Below are positions 38,372 to 49,730 of a stretch of DNA of 64,000 nucleotides, piece by piece. The notes under the pieces were generated by a model. It made no database searches, was not told the DNA's origin, and was given only the letters and a program-made list of their open reading frames with translations. The position numbers and the translations under genes are program-made. How positions within the stretch are numbered: position 1 is the first letter of the stretch; every line of letters begins with the position of its first letter. Origin of the DNA: Rhodanobacteraceae bacterium (GTDB lineage Bacteria; Pseudomonadota; Gammaproteobacteria; Xanthomonadales; Rhodanobacteraceae); contig DASVGO010000040.1 of NCBI GenBank assembly GCA_036379495.1, forward strand, positions 6,399 to 70,398. The letters run 5' to 3'.

Positions 38372-41023
38372 TTGAGCGCCGCGGTTGCATCCCCGTCCGA
38401 CCCTCGCCATCCGCTCCTGGCGGCTGTGGTCTTGGCCCTGATCGTGGCCGCGCTGAACGTGGGCCTGTGGTGGTGGAGCAACCTGCCGCGCGGACCGGCC
38501 GACTGGCATGGCCCGGTCAAGGGCTTTGCCGTGAACTTTTTCCGACGCCACCAAAGCCCGCTCATCAACAATCCTCCGGGCATGTCGCATGCGTTTCCCA
38601 GTGACAAGCAGATCGCCTCGGACCTGAACCTGCTGTCGCACTACACGCACAACATCCGCACCTATTCGGCGCTGCAGAATCCCGTGGTCTACCGCCTGGC
38701 CAAGGCCCGAGGCCTGAAGGTGCTGGCCGGTGCCTGGCTGGACTCGCGCCGGCGCAATAACGATCGCGAATTGGACGCGCTGATCCACTTCGCGCGGCGT
38801 TACCCGAAAACCATCACCCGCGTGGAAGTCGGCAACGAGGTGTTGCTGCGCGGCGACATGTCGCCCACGCGATTGATGGCCTACCTCGACCGTGCACGCG
38901 CCGCAATCCGTCAGCCGGTGTCAACCGCCGAGCCTTGGCACATCTGGGAAAAATATCCCGAGTTGGTGCAACACGTGGATTTCATCACGGTGCATTTGCT
39001 GCCCTATTGGGAAGGCGTGCCACGCAAGGATGCCATTACCGACGTGTTGATGCGCTACCACCACCTGCAGCAGCTGTATCCCGACAAACCCATCGTGGTG
39101 GGTGAAATCGGCTGGCCATCCAACGGCAACCGTTTCCAAAACGCGAAACCCTCGTTGTCCAACGAAGCCATCTTTCTGCGCGACTGGTTCCAGGTGGCAC
39201 GCCGGCAGGGCATCGACTATTACGTCATGGAAGCCTTCGATCAGCCGTGGAAGAAGGGCCTCGGCGAAGGCCGCACAGGTGCGTATTGGGGCATGTTCAA
39301 CGCCAGCCGGCATCTCAAGTTTCCACTCACGGGACCGATCACCGCAGACACCGCCTGGCCGTGGAAGGCGCTGGCGTCGGTGCTGCTGGCGCTGGGGCCC
39401 ATGCTGTGGTTTGCCTGGCGCTTTGCACGCTTCAAGCTTGTCGGCCGCTTCTTTTTCATGGCATTGATCGAACTGTCGGCCGGGCTGGTAGTGTGGTCGG
39501 CCACGCTGCCTTTCAATTTTTATCTGAGTCCGTTCGATTGGGCCATGTTGATCCTGCTGTTTCCGGCGCAGATCGCGATCCTGGCCATCCTGCTGATCAA
39601 CGGCTTCGAGTTCACCGAGGTGTTGTGGCGTCGATGCTGGCTGCGCCACAGCGGCCTGCTCGATCCCGAACCGGCGGCAACGCAGCCCTTCGTGTCCATC
39701 CATCTGGCCTGCCACAACGAACCGCCCGAGATGGTGCAGGTGACGCTCGATTCGCTGGCCGCGCTCGACTACGCGAACTACGAAGTGCTGGTGATCGACA
39801 ACAACACCAAAGACCCGGCGGTATGGGAGCCGGTGCGCGATTACTGCGAAAAACTCGGTCCACGCTTCCGCTTTTTCCACCTCGACCCGTGGCCCGGATT
39901 CAAGGCCGGCGCACTCAATTTCGGCTTGTCCGAAACCGCGCCCGAGGCCGACGTGGTCGCCGTCGTCGATGCCGACTACGTGGTGCGCGCGGACTGGCTG
40001 TCGCGTCTGACCGGCCACTTTCACGACGCGGACATCGCCGTGGTGCAGTGCCCGCAAGCGCATCGCGATTTCACCCGCAACACGTTCCGGCGCTGGACGG
40101 CGTGGGAATACGACGGCTTTTTCCGCATTGGCATGCACCACCGCAACGAGCGCAACGCCATCATCCAGCACGGCACCATGACCATGGTGCGGCGCAGCGC
40201 GCTGGAAGGCACCGGCGGCTGGTCGGAATGGACGATCTGCGAGGACGCCGAGCTGGGGCTGCGCCTGATGCACGCAGGTTACCAGCTGGTCTACGTCGAC
40301 GAGCTGATGGGCAAAGGACTCACGCCCGCCGACTTCAAGGCCTACAAGAGCCAGCGCTACCGCTGGGCGTTCGGAGCCATGCAGATCCTCAAGGGCCGCT
40401 GGACCTGGATGACGAAACGCGGGCCGCTTACCGTCGGCCAACGCTTCCACTTTTTGACCGGATGGTTCAGCTGGTTCGCCGATGCGCTGCATCTGGTGTT
40501 CACCCTGATGGCGCTGGCCTGGACCGCCGGCATGATCGGTCTGCCGCAGGATTTCAGCTTGCCGATGAAACTGTTCCTGATCCCGGTAATCGGTTTCTTC
40601 ACCGCCAAGGCCGTGTTCGGCATCGTGCTGTACCGCGCACGCGTACCCTGTGGCTGGCGCGACACGTTGACCGCCGCCATCGCCAGCATGGGCCTGTCGC
40701 ACGCCATTGCACGCGGCATCTGGCACGGTTTGACGCGCAAGAAAACGGCCTTCGTGGTCACCGCCAAATCGCGACGCATGGGCGGCTCCAGCTTCGCCGC
40801 CTTCGCACCGGTGCGTGAAGAATTGCTGATGGCGCTCGCGCTGGGGCTGGCCGTTTACGGCATGACCCGCACCTTCGGCAGCACCTATGCCGAAGGCAAA
40901 TTGTGGATCGCCATCCTGTGCGCACAGTCGATCCCCTACGTGTCAGCCCTGATCGGTGCCTGGGTTGCCCACCATGCCGGCGCAGACGACGCTACCGATC
41001 CTGCCACGACCGTCTGTGTCTGA
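38372..41023 (+). CDS. ndvB: GH17-GT2 fusion, NdvB-like cyclic beta-1,3-glucan synthase
   Basis: VGNEVL, GEIGWPS, EAFDQPWK (GH17); KAGALN, DADY, ICED, QRYRW (GT2); TTG start after GAGGA. Confidence 0.8.
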   Translation: MSAAVASPSDPRHPLLAAVVLALIVAALNVGLWWWSNLPRGPADWHGPVKGFAVNFFRRHQSPLINNPPGMSHAFPSDKQIASDLNLLSHYTHNIRTYSALQNPVVYRLAKARGLKVLAGAWLDSRRRNNDRELDALIHFARRYPKTITRVEVGNEVLLRGDMSPTRLMAYLDRARAAIRQPVSTAEPWHIWEKYPELVQHVDFITVHLLPYWEGVPRKDAITDVLMRYHHLQQLYPDKPIVVGEIGWPSNGNRFQNAKPSLSNEAIFLRDWFQVARRQGIDYYVMEAFDQPWKKGLGEGRTGAYWGMFNASRHLKFPLTGPITADTAWPWKALASVLLALGPMLWFAWRFARFKLVGRFFFMALIELSAGLVVWSATLPFNFYLSPFDWAMLILLFPAQIAILAILLINGFEFTEVLWRRCWLRHSGLLDPEPAATQPFVSIHLACHNEPPEMVQVTLDSLAALDYANYEVLVIDNNTKDPAVWEPVRDYCEKLGPRFRFFHLDPWPGFKAGALNFGLSETAPEADVVAVVDADYVVRADWLSRLTGHFHDADIAVVQCPQAHRDFTRNTFRRWTAWEYDGFFRIGMHHRNERNAIIQHGTMTMVRRSALEGTGGWSEWTICEDAELGLRLMHAGYQLVYVDELMGKGLTPADFKAYKSQRYRWAFGAMQILKGRWTWMTKRGPLTVGQRFHFLTGWFSWFADALHLVFTLMALAWTAGMIGLPQDFSLPMKLFLIPVIGFFTAKAVFGIVLYRARVPCGWRDTLTAAIASMGLSHAIARGIWHGLTRKKTAFVVTAKSRRMGGSSFAAFAPVREELLMALALGLAVYGMTRTFGSTYAEGKLWIAILCAQSIPYVSALIGAWVAHHAGADDATDPATTVCV

Positions 41024-41089
41024 GTTGGCATGCAGCACGCTTGCGTTGTCTTTTATGCTGGGCACCATGGCCCGACTGATTTCCTGCGC

Positions 41090-42859
41090 ATGCGCCCGGC
41101 AACCCTTCGTCTTTTCCTGATCTGCCTGACGCTGGCCACGCTGACCCCGCTCGCGCACGCCGGTGTCACCCTGCACATCAAGGGACTGGACAAGACGCTC
41201 GCGGCGGCGGTGGCTTCCAGCCTGCAGCTAAGCCAGTACAAGGACCACGCAGCCACCGCCGCACAGATACGCCGCCTGTACGCTCGGGCGCCCGCCGAAG
41301 TGCAGGCGGCACTGCGTCCCTACGGTTATTTCGATGCCCACGTGACCGGCCACATCAAGCAGGCCGGCAAGCACTGGGACGTGACGCTCGATATCGATCC
41401 CGGCCCGCCGATCAAGGTCACGCAAATCCACATCGACGTGCCCGCCGCCGCCGCCCACCTGCCGGCGGTTCGTCATGCCATTCGTCGCTTCAAGCCGCGC
41501 GTCGGGCAGATCCTCGACCAGGCCGAATACACCGCCTCGCGCGACGCCATAAATGCGGCGCTGGTCGCCGACGGCTATCTCGATGCCAGCATGACCACGC
41601 ACCGCGTCGCCGTCACCCTCGCCAACCACAGCGCCGTGGTCAACCTGGCTTGGAACACCGGCCCGCGCTACCACTTCGGCAAGGTGCACTTCAAAGGCTC
41701 GCAGTTCCGCACCGGGTTCCTGCAGCGATTCATCCCATGGAAGCCAGGCGCCAACTACAGCCAGGACAAGCTGCTGGACCTGCAGCAACAACTCAACGGC
41801 GCCGATTACTTCAGCGTCGTCAATGTCCAGCCCGACCTGACGCACAAGCATGGCGACACGGTGGACATCGATGTCGGCCTCACGCCAGCCAAGCGCAGTG
41901 TCTACACCGGCGGGCCGTTCATCGGTACCGACACCGGCGTCGGCGCCCAGTTCGGGCTGGAACGCCGCTGGGTCAACGACCGCGGTCACAAGTGGAAGAA
42001 CCAGCTGGTGCTGGCCCAGCGGCTGAAAACCCTGTCGACGCTGTACACGATCCCCCTGCCCGGCAGCGTGCAGCGGGCCTGGAACCTGGGCGCCAAGTTC
42101 CGCGATGCCGACACCGATTCGTCGCATTCGCGCACGCTGGAACTGGTCGGCAACCAGACACGGCTGTGGCACGGCTGGCTGGTGACGGCCGGCATGCATG
42201 TGTTGTCGGGCACGTTCACCGTCGGCCAGCGCGGCGACGAACCCGACACCGATCCCGGCATCGAACGCGGTACCAGCACGCTGGTGTATCCGGAAATTTC
42301 GCTGGTCAGAAAACAGGGTGACAACCCCACCTTCGTGCGTCACGGATGGTCACTGACCATTGCCGCGCGCAGCACGATCGGCAAGCTGCTGTCGGGCACC
42401 GATTTCTCGCAGGTCGTGGTCAACGCCAAATGGATCAGCATGTTCGCCGGCCACAACCGGCTGATCCTGCGTGCCGATGCCGGTGCGACCCGCGTCGGGG
42501 ATTTTGCGGAACTGCCGCCGCAACTGCGCTTTTTCGCCGGCGGCAGCCGATCCAATCGCGGTTATGGTTATCAGGCATTGGGGCCACGCAACAGCTTCGA
42601 CCGCGTGATCGGCGGCAGCCGCCTGCTCGATGCCGGCGTGACGCTGGAGCACTACTTTGCGCCGCACTGGGGTATTGCCACCTTCGTCGATGCCGGCAAC
42701 GCGTTCGATGGCACCACCCTCGAGCCACGCATCGGCGCCGGCATCGGCCTGCGCTGGGTGTCGCCGGTGGGCATGATCCGTCTGGATCTGGGCACGCCCG
42801 TCCATAACGCCCGTCACCACGGGGTGCAGCTCAACATCGTGATAGGGCCGGACTTGTGA
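41090..42859 (+). CDS. tamA: Autotransporter assembly factor TamA
   Basis: ALRPYGYF POTRA, RFFAGG..RGY, FVDAGNAF, SPVGMIRLD. Confidence 0.9.
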   Translation: MRPATLRLFLICLTLATLTPLAHAGVTLHIKGLDKTLAAAVASSLQLSQYKDHAATAAQIRRLYARAPAEVQAALRPYGYFDAHVTGHIKQAGKHWDVTLDIDPGPPIKVTQIHIDVPAAAAHLPAVRHAIRRFKPRVGQILDQAEYTASRDAINAALVADGYLDASMTTHRVAVTLANHSAVVNLAWNTGPRYHFGKVHFKGSQFRTGFLQRFIPWKPGANYSQDKLLDLQQQLNGADYFSVVNVQPDLTHKHGDTVDIDVGLTPAKRSVYTGGPFIGTDTGVGAQFGLERRWVNDRGHKWKNQLVLAQRLKTLSTLYTIPLPGSVQRAWNLGAKFRDADTDSSHSRTLELVGNQTRLWHGWLVTAGMHVLSGTFTVGQRGDEPDTDPGIERGTSTLVYPEISLVRKQGDNPTFVRHGWSLTIAARSTIGKLLSGTDFSQVVVNAKWISMFAGHNRLILRADAGATRVGDFAELPPQLRFFAGGSRSNRGYGYQALGPRNSFDRVIGGSRLLDAGVTLEHYFAPHWGIATFVDAGNAFDGTTLEPRIGAGIGLRWVSPVGMIRLDLGTPVHNARHHGVQLNIVIGPDL

Positions 42860-45800
42860 TGCGTGCGAGCACTCGTCGCTGGCTGCGTCGCCTTGGCATT
42901 GCCGTGGGCCTGCTGGTAGTGCTGCTGGTCATCGGCCTGTGGTGGTTGCTCGGCACGGGGTCCGGCCTGCACTTTGCTCTTGCCCGCGCGACGGCGGCCA
43001 CGAACGGTACGCTGGTGATCGGCTCGGCACACGGCGATCTCGCGGGATCCGTGCAACTGGATGGCGTCGACTATCGCGACACCGTGTCCGGCATTCATGT
43101 CCATGTCGACCAACTCAAGGTCGACGCAGCCCTGTGGTCGTTGCTGGCCGGCCGCGTGCATCTGGCAGATCTTGCCGCCCGTGGCATCACGGTCAATCTC
43201 GCCACGCCTGGCAAGCCCTCGCTGGCAACATCGTCGCCGTTTTCCCTCAAACCACCCGTCGACGTGGTGCTCGATCATGTGGACATCCGCAACATCCACA
43301 TCATCGATGACGGCAAGCCCGCATTCACCGCCAATGCACTGACCATGGCCGGCAGCTGGACCGGCGCCGGCCTGTCCATCAGGCAACTCGCGTTGCACTC
43401 ACCGAACGGGACGGCCGACATCAGCGGACAGCTGGCGCTGGCCGGCCACATTCACGGCAAGGGTCAGGGACGTTTCCGCTGGACACTGAACGGCACCACC
43501 TGGGCCGGCACGCTGGATGCCACCAGTGACGGTCGCGCGGCCACGCTTGCGCTGGCGCTCAGTCAGCCCATGGCAGCCACCGCGCATGTCTCGCTGCAAC
43601 AAAGCGGCACCTTCCCCTGGACGGCCAGACTCGATGCGCCGGCCTTCGCGGCCAAACCCGTTCTCGGCGACACCTCGATCAAGACTCTGGCGCTGGCCCT
43701 CGTCGGTCACGGCGATCGCGACGGCGGCACGCTCAATGGCCGCGTCAGCATCGACCACACCCGCCTCGATCTCGAACCGCTCGAAGTCCGCTACAACCCG
43801 CACACACAAAAAATCACCCTCGACCGTCTGGCCATGACGTCACCCGACATGCCCGGCCAACTCGACGCTCACGGCACCGTCGATCTGGCCGGCCAACCAG
43901 TCCGTGCCAACCTTGCGCTGAACTGGCATGGTCTCGTGTTGCCGGCGCAATTGGCGGGACAGAAACTGGCCAGTGCCGGCGCCGTCACGCTGACCGGCAG
44001 CATCCAGCGCTACCGTCTGCAGGGCGAAATCACGGCGGGACCACCCGGACAGATGGCGCATCTGCACGTCGACCTGACGGGCACGCCCAAACTCGTCACG
44101 TTTGATGAACTGACCATGCAACAGCCCAAGGGCAAGCTCGCCGCCACCGGTACGGTGACGCTGCAGCCCGAGCTGGCATGGCAGCTCGAGCTCACCGGCC
44201 AGCACGTCAATCCGGGCCTGCTGCTGGCCGGCTGGAACGGCGCCCTCGACATCCGCCTGGCCACCCGCGGCCGGATCACGCGCAAGGGTCCGGATGCAAG
44301 CATCGAGCTCGACCAGTTGCGTGGCAACCTGCGCCAACGCAACCTGTCCGGCCATGGCAAGCTGCACATCTCGCCCGATCGCGTGCTCGATGGCACGCTG
44401 GCGCTCACCTCCGGACACAGCCGCATCCGACTCGCCGCATCCGGCAAGCAAAGCAACCAGGTCCGGCTCGACCTCACCATCATTTCGCTCAACGACTGGT
44501 TGCCCAAGGCCTCCGGCGCGTTGCACGGCGAGGTCGACCTGCGTGGCCTGTGGCCGCACCTGGCGATCAAGACCCACCTGCGCGGGCGCAAACTCGTGGT
44601 CGATGAACGCCGCGTGGGCGCGCTTGACCTTGCCGCCAACCTGCCAGATCTGAGACATCCCGGCGGCACGTTCAAGTTGAACATGGATGATCTCGACCTC
44701 GGCCAGCTGGCATTCCAGTCGGTCAACCTGACCGGCAGGGGCAATGCAGCCAGCCATTCGCTCGAGCTCGTTGCGAAGGGCCAACCGCTGTCGCTGCGCC
44801 TGGACCTCACCGGCAGCCTGCACGGCAAAACCTGGAACGGCACCTTGTCCACGCTCGATCTGGACCTGCATGGCCTGCCGCCGTGGCATCTGCAACAACC
44901 CGCGCAACTGGCCTGGGCCAAGGGACTGGCCAGCTTGTCCAGCACTTGCCTGACGGCCGGCACGCCGGTGCTGTGCGTGTCGGCGCAACAGACCCGCAGC
45001 GGCGCACTTGTGGCCGGTTATCAGCTTCAGCAGATCCCGTTGGCACTCATCACCACCGCCATCGGCAACGGCCTGCCGTTCAGCAGTGTCGGCATCCTCG
45101 ACGGCCATGGGCAGCTGACACGCACCCCCGCCGGCAGCTGGACCGGCCAGGCCGAGCTGAGCTCGCCCACCGGCCAGATCCATTACGTCGACCATCCCGA
45201 GCAACCATTGCTGGCGTACAAGGATTTCAGCGTCAACGCGACGCTGACGCCTCAGGACAGCCAGGTCGCGCTTGCCGCCACGTTCGATCAGGGCGGTGGA
45301 GTGCGCGGCAACATCCACCTGCACGGCGCCGACCAGGCCTTGTCGGGGCACATCGCGCTGCACATGGACAGCCTCAAGCCCGTCGAACTGTTCACCAGCA
45401 TGCTGGCCAATGTTGGTGGGCGTCTGGATGCCGACATCAACCTGGGCGGCAGCCTCGCGCAGCCCACGCTGCAAGGTCGGGCCTCGCTCGAACAGTTTGC
45501 CGCCGAGGTGCCAGCCGTCGGCCTGAAGTTGCATGACGGCACGATCCACATGACCACCGCCAATGCACGCCAGCTGCGCATCGACGGCCAAATCGCCTCG
45601 GGCGGCGGCACCCTCAAGCTCGCCGGTACGCTGGGGCTCGGCGCCGATGCGCCGACCCGATTGAGCATCCGCGGCGCCAAGGTGCTGGCCGCCGACATTC
45701 CCGCCGCCACGGTCACGGTGTCGCCCGACCTCACGATCGACCGCGACGCCAGGGGGCTGGCCATCGGCGGTACGCTCACGATCGATCGGGCCGACGTGAA

Positions 45801-46617
45801 GCTGGAAAAACTGCCCGGTGCCGGTGCCGCCCAGGCCTCGCCCGACGTGGTCGTCGTGGATGCGAAAAAACCACTGCAATCCAGCGCGCCATTGCCGATC
45901 CGCGCCAACCTCACCGTCGATCTGGGCCATCACACGCACCTGACAGGTTACGGATTGAATGGCCGCGTCAGCGGCCAGCTCAATGTCAGCCAATTGCCCG
46001 GCAAGGTCACCATCGGGCGCGGCCACATCGTCATCAATGGCACCTTCAAAGCCTACGGCCAGAACCTCGTCATCAAGCAGGGCCGCCTGTTGTTTGCCAG
46101 CACTCCCGTGGACAACCCGGGACTGGACATTCGCGCCGTGCGCCTGCTGCACCCCAACGCCACGATCAGCGACGGGCAAGAAGTAGGCCTGCAGATTTCG
46201 GGCACGGCCCAGCGCCCGGTGATGACCGTGTTCTCCAATCCGGCGATGGATCAATCCGACGCGCTGTCCTACCTCATCACCGGCAAACCGCTGTCAGCCG
46301 TGCAAGGTGGCCAGGGCGACATGGTCGACGCCGCCGCGCAGGCGCTGGGCTCGGCCGCCGGCGACCTGCTCGCCAAGGGCATCGGTGCCAAGCTCGGCAT
46401 CGATGCCAGCGTGTCCAACAGCGAAGCGCTTGGCACCGCCGCGTTCACGGTCGGCAAATACCTGTCGCCAAGGTTGTACCTGAGCTACGGCGTCGGCCTG
46501 TTCGACCCGGGCCAGGTGATCACACTGCGCTACATCCTCAGCAGCCGCTGGAACTTCGAGGCCGAACAAGCCACCACTTTCAGTCGCGCCAGCTTCAATT
46601 ACCGCATTGAACGGTGA
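42856..46617 (+). CDS. tamB: Translocation and assembly module TamB
   Basis: N-terminal TM, long beta-rich body, C-terminal AYGQNL, GKYLSPRLYLSYG. Confidence 0.9.
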   Translation: MMRASTRRWLRRLGIAVGLLVVLLVIGLWWLLGTGSGLHFALARATAATNGTLVIGSAHGDLAGSVQLDGVDYRDTVSGIHVHVDQLKVDAALWSLLAGRVHLADLAARGITVNLATPGKPSLATSSPFSLKPPVDVVLDHVDIRNIHIIDDGKPAFTANALTMAGSWTGAGLSIRQLALHSPNGTADISGQLALAGHIHGKGQGRFRWTLNGTTWAGTLDATSDGRAATLALALSQPMAATAHVSLQQSGTFPWTARLDAPAFAAKPVLGDTSIKTLALALVGHGDRDGGTLNGRVSIDHTRLDLEPLEVRYNPHTQKITLDRLAMTSPDMPGQLDAHGTVDLAGQPVRANLALNWHGLVLPAQLAGQKLASAGAVTLTGSIQRYRLQGEITAGPPGQMAHLHVDLTGTPKLVTFDELTMQQPKGKLAATGTVTLQPELAWQLELTGQHVNPGLLLAGWNGALDIRLATRGRITRKGPDASIELDQLRGNLRQRNLSGHGKLHISPDRVLDGTLALTSGHSRIRLAASGKQSNQVRLDLTIISLNDWLPKASGALHGEVDLRGLWPHLAIKTHLRGRKLVVDERRVGALDLAANLPDLRHPGGTFKLNMDDLDLGQLAFQSVNLTGRGNAASHSLELVAKGQPLSLRLDLTGSLHGKTWNGTLSTLDLDLHGLPPWHLQQPAQLAWAKGLASLSSTCLTAGTPVLCVSAQQTRSGALVAGYQLQQIPLALITTAIGNGLPFSSVGILDGHGQLTRTPAGSWTGQAELSSPTGQIHYVDHPEQPLLAYKDFSVNATLTPQDSQVALAATFDQGGGVRGNIHLHGADQALSGHIALHMDSLKPVELFTSMLANVGGRLDADINLGGSLAQPTLQGRASLEQFAAEVPAVGLKLHDGTIHMTTANARQLRIDGQIASGGGTLKLAGTLGLGADAPTRLSIRGAKVLAADIPAATVTVSPDLTIDRDARGLAIGGTLTIDRADVKLEKLPGAGAAQASPDVVVVDAKKPLQSSAPLPIRANLTVDLGHHTHLTGYGLNGRVSGQLNVSQLPGKVTIGRGHIVINGTFKAYGQNLVIKQGRLLFASTPVDNPGLDIRAVRLLHPNATISDGQEVGLQISGTAQRPVMTVFSNPAMDQSDALSYLITGKPLSAVQGGQGDMVDAAAQALGSAAGDLLAKGIGAKLGIDASVSNSEALGTAAFTVGKYLSPRLYLSYGVGLFDPGQVITLRYILSSRWNFEAEQATTFSRASFNYRIER

Positions 46618-46919
46618 CACGTTGGCGATGCCGCCGGCTTGCCAACGGCGCCAGACACGCATGACGCCGGCCACGCATGCGCCGATCATGCGCGACGTTC
46701 GCCTTGCCGATGCAATGATGCCGATGGGTCGCCACAGTCAGACAACCCGTACGCATGCGGCAAGCCCGGCGGACTGAACCGGCGCGTCTCCCGTCACGAT
46801 GCCCGCAAGGGTTCTCCCGCCACTGGCACTGTCGCCCCCTGCGGGCCACAATCGCGTCACATGCATCGCTCCGGGCAAGCCGCCGACCGCTCCCGCGCGC
46901 CCACTCGAAGGACACACTC

Positions 46920-48806
46920 ATGCGTAGCCATTCGAAGATTTTCACGCTGGCCGTCGTTTCGTTGCTGCCATTCGGTGTGGCGGCTCAGTCCACGCACCCG
47001 ACCATCCAGCAGGCCCTGCGGCATGCCAACACCAGCTTGGCCAGGTCCTACGCGAGCAGCGTTGCGGTCAAGGGGTTCCCGCCACCGTTGCCGCCGGCCG
47101 ACCTGGTGCTGCGCGACGCAGTGGTGGCCACCCTCATTCCAGGCCGCCCGCATGCGCAGGCGATCGCGATCCGCGACGGCCGGATCGAGGCACTGGGCAG
47201 CGATGCCGGGATCGCGCATTACATCGGCCCGGCGACCAAGGTCATCGACCTGCATGGCGCCTTCGTCACCCCGGGCTTCATCGACGGCCATGCCCACCTG
47301 ATGCAGACCGGCCAGTCGCTGATGCGCGTGAACGTCGGCAAGGCGGCCAACTGGCAAGGCATCCTCAAGATGATCCAGGCACGGGTCGCGAAATCGAAAC
47401 CCGGACAGTGGATCGTCGGCTACGGTTGGCTGCAGAACAAGTGGAACAAGCTGCCAAAACCCAATTACAAAGGGCTGCCGTTGCAGGCGAGCCTCGACGC
47501 GGTGTCGCCGCACAATCCGGTGATGCTCATCACGGCCGCCTTCCACGGCGTGTATGCCAACGCCATGGCCTTCAAGCTGGCAGGCATCACGACCGCGACA
47601 GCGAACCCGCAAGGCGGCACCATCGTGCGCGACCATGGCCGGATCGTCGGCATGTTGCGGGACACCGCGGCCGATCCGGTGCATGCGGCGTTCGCGCGCT
47701 ACTTGAAAGGCCTGCCGCCCGCGCAGAAAGCCACGCGGCGCGAAAAGGCATTCCGTCTGGCCGTGCAACACGAGATCAGCCAGGGCATCACGACCGTCGT
47801 CGACATGAGCAGCGCATTCGGACAGATCCGCTTTTTCAGGCAGCAGGCCCGCAAGGGCCGGTTGCCCATGCGCATTTACGCCAACATCAGCGTCGATTCG
47901 ATGCCCTATCTCGAAAAGCACGTGAACGACTTCCACCAGTCGTATGACCACGACCACATCATCGTCGGCGGGCTGGGCGAGGACGTGTCCGACGGTGCGC
48001 TGGGCACACGCAGTGCGTGGTTTCTCGAACCCTACAGCGACGATCCCGGCAACCATGGCAAGAACGTGACGCCGATGCGCGTGGAAGCCGCGCTGGCGAA
48101 GTTTGCCGCGGCGCACCGGTTGCAGTTGTCGATCCACGCGATCGGCGACCGTGCCAATCACGAGTTGCTCGACCTGTACCAGAAGATTTTCTCACTCGAT
48201 CCGTCGGCGCGGACGCTGCGCTGGCGCATCGAGCACGCTCAACACCTGAACCCGGTCGATATCCCGCGCTTTGCGAAACTCGGCGTCATCGCGTCGATGC
48301 AGTCGATTCACGCCTGCTCGGACGCACCAATGGTGGTCGCGCGGATCGGGCACAAGCGTGCGCAAGAAGGCGCCTATGTCTGGCACAAGCTGATCCAAAG
48401 TGGCGCGATGGTTCTGGACGGCACCGACACGCCGGTGGAAGACACTAATCCGATTCCGAATTTCTATTGCGCCGTGACGCGCGTGACCCACTACAGCAAT
48501 GGTGCGCAAAAGGCATTTTTCCCGCAGGAAGCCAAGACGCGCATGCAGGAGCTTCGCGATTACACATGGAACAACGCGTACGCCATCTTCCAGGAGCACC
48601 ACCTCGGCTCGCTGGCGCCGGGAAAATTCGCGGACATCGACGTGTTCTCGGGCAACTTGTTGACCATGCCTGCCAGGGACATCCTGCGCACGCGGGTTCT
48701 CTACACGATCGTCGCCGGGAAAGTGGTTTACAAACGCCCTGGCGCCGGGAAGTGGCGCAACGGCCAACGGTTCAAGCCCATGCCCGAGTTCGACCATGTG
48801 GAATGA
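46920..48806 (+). CDS. Exported amidohydrolase (Amidohydro_3/YtcJ-like)
   Basis: PGFIDGHAH, HAIGDRAN, RIEHAQ, GTDTPVE, GSLAPGKFAD; signal peptide. Confidence 0.88.
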   Translation: MRSHSKIFTLAVVSLLPFGVAAQSTHPTIQQALRHANTSLARSYASSVAVKGFPPPLPPADLVLRDAVVATLIPGRPHAQAIAIRDGRIEALGSDAGIAHYIGPATKVIDLHGAFVTPGFIDGHAHLMQTGQSLMRVNVGKAANWQGILKMIQARVAKSKPGQWIVGYGWLQNKWNKLPKPNYKGLPLQASLDAVSPHNPVMLITAAFHGVYANAMAFKLAGITTATANPQGGTIVRDHGRIVGMLRDTAADPVHAAFARYLKGLPPAQKATRREKAFRLAVQHEISQGITTVVDMSSAFGQIRFFRQQARKGRLPMRIYANISVDSMPYLEKHVNDFHQSYDHDHIIVGGLGEDVSDGALGTRSAWFLEPYSDDPGNHGKNVTPMRVEAALAKFAAAHRLQLSIHAIGDRANHELLDLYQKIFSLDPSARTLRWRIEHAQHLNPVDIPRFAKLGVIASMQSIHACSDAPMVVARIGHKRAQEGAYVWHKLIQSGAMVLDGTDTPVEDTNPIPNFYCAVTRVTHYSNGAQKAFFPQEAKTRMQELRDYTWNNAYAIFQEHHLGSLAPGKFADIDVFSGNLLTMPARDILRTRVLYTIVAGKVVYKRPGAGKWRNGQRFKPMPEFDHVE

Positions 48807-48833
48807 AGTCTGCCGCGCCGGTCAGGCCCCGCA

Positions 48834-49265
48834 TCAATCCAGATGCGCGAGCGCCTCAACAAGGCGCGCGGCCAGGGCGTGTTGGCGCTGTTCGCTGATC
48901 TGCTCGGGCTCGCGACCGAATGCCTCCGTGTCACCGGTGTAGCGCGGGATCACGTGCAGGTGGAAATGCATCAGATGCTGATCACTGGCGGCGCCATTGT
49001 TCTGCCGCAAAGTGACGCCTTCGGCTTGAAATGCCACTTGCTGCGCCCGCGCCACGCGTGCGGCCATGGCCAGCACCGGGCCGGCAAGCCCGGCCGGCAT
49101 GTCGAAAATGTTCGGCACGTGCTGGCGCGGCATCACCAGTACATGGCCGTCGACCAATGGAAACGGATTGATCGCCACCACGACATCGGCCATCGCGACG
49201 ACCACGCCACCTTGTATCTCGCCGCGCATGAGGCGGCAGGCCCAGCAAGGATCCCAGAAACCCAT
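48834..49265 (-). CDS. HIT family protein
   Basis: CxxC, GHVLVMP, NNG..SDQHLMHFHLHVIPRY. Confidence 0.88.
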   Translation of the reverse strand: MGFWDPCWACRLMRGEIQGGVVVAMADVVVAINPFPLVDGHVLVMPRQHVPNIFDMPAGLAGPVLAMAARVARAQQVAFQAEGVTLRQNNGAASDQHLMHFHLHVIPRYTGDTEAFGREPEQISEQRQHALAARLVEALAHLD

Positions 49266-49730
49266 CAGTCACCCTCCACAGACACGTTTGTTGCCAACCA
49301 TCAGATTCCGGCTATCGACAGCCAGCGTACAGGCAAGATTCCGCAACTGGCGGACAATCGTTCCAGCAGGCTGCCGAAAAGCGTCTGACCTTCTTTGTTT
49401 GCGGCCCTGTCCGGGCACTTTTCGCCGCAATGGCGGGCAGGTCTTGTGCGTTTGTTGCAACGGTTGCGGCACCATTGCGGCGCGGTACCGCCGCTGCAGC
49501 CATTCACAGGGCACGTTCGGCCAACACATTGCCTGCTTGACCTCGATGGGGATGCGGCTGTGGTACGCCACCTCCGGCACCTGCCACCTCGGCAACGGCT
49601 TCCTGCTCCACATCACCGACCTCGTCACCGTGCTGTACCACGCGATGATCGCCACTGGCCGCGATGCCGTTGTGGCGAACAGGTCAGCTCCGACTACGTG
49701 CTGCAGCGCGTGTTCCAGCAGCGTGACGAA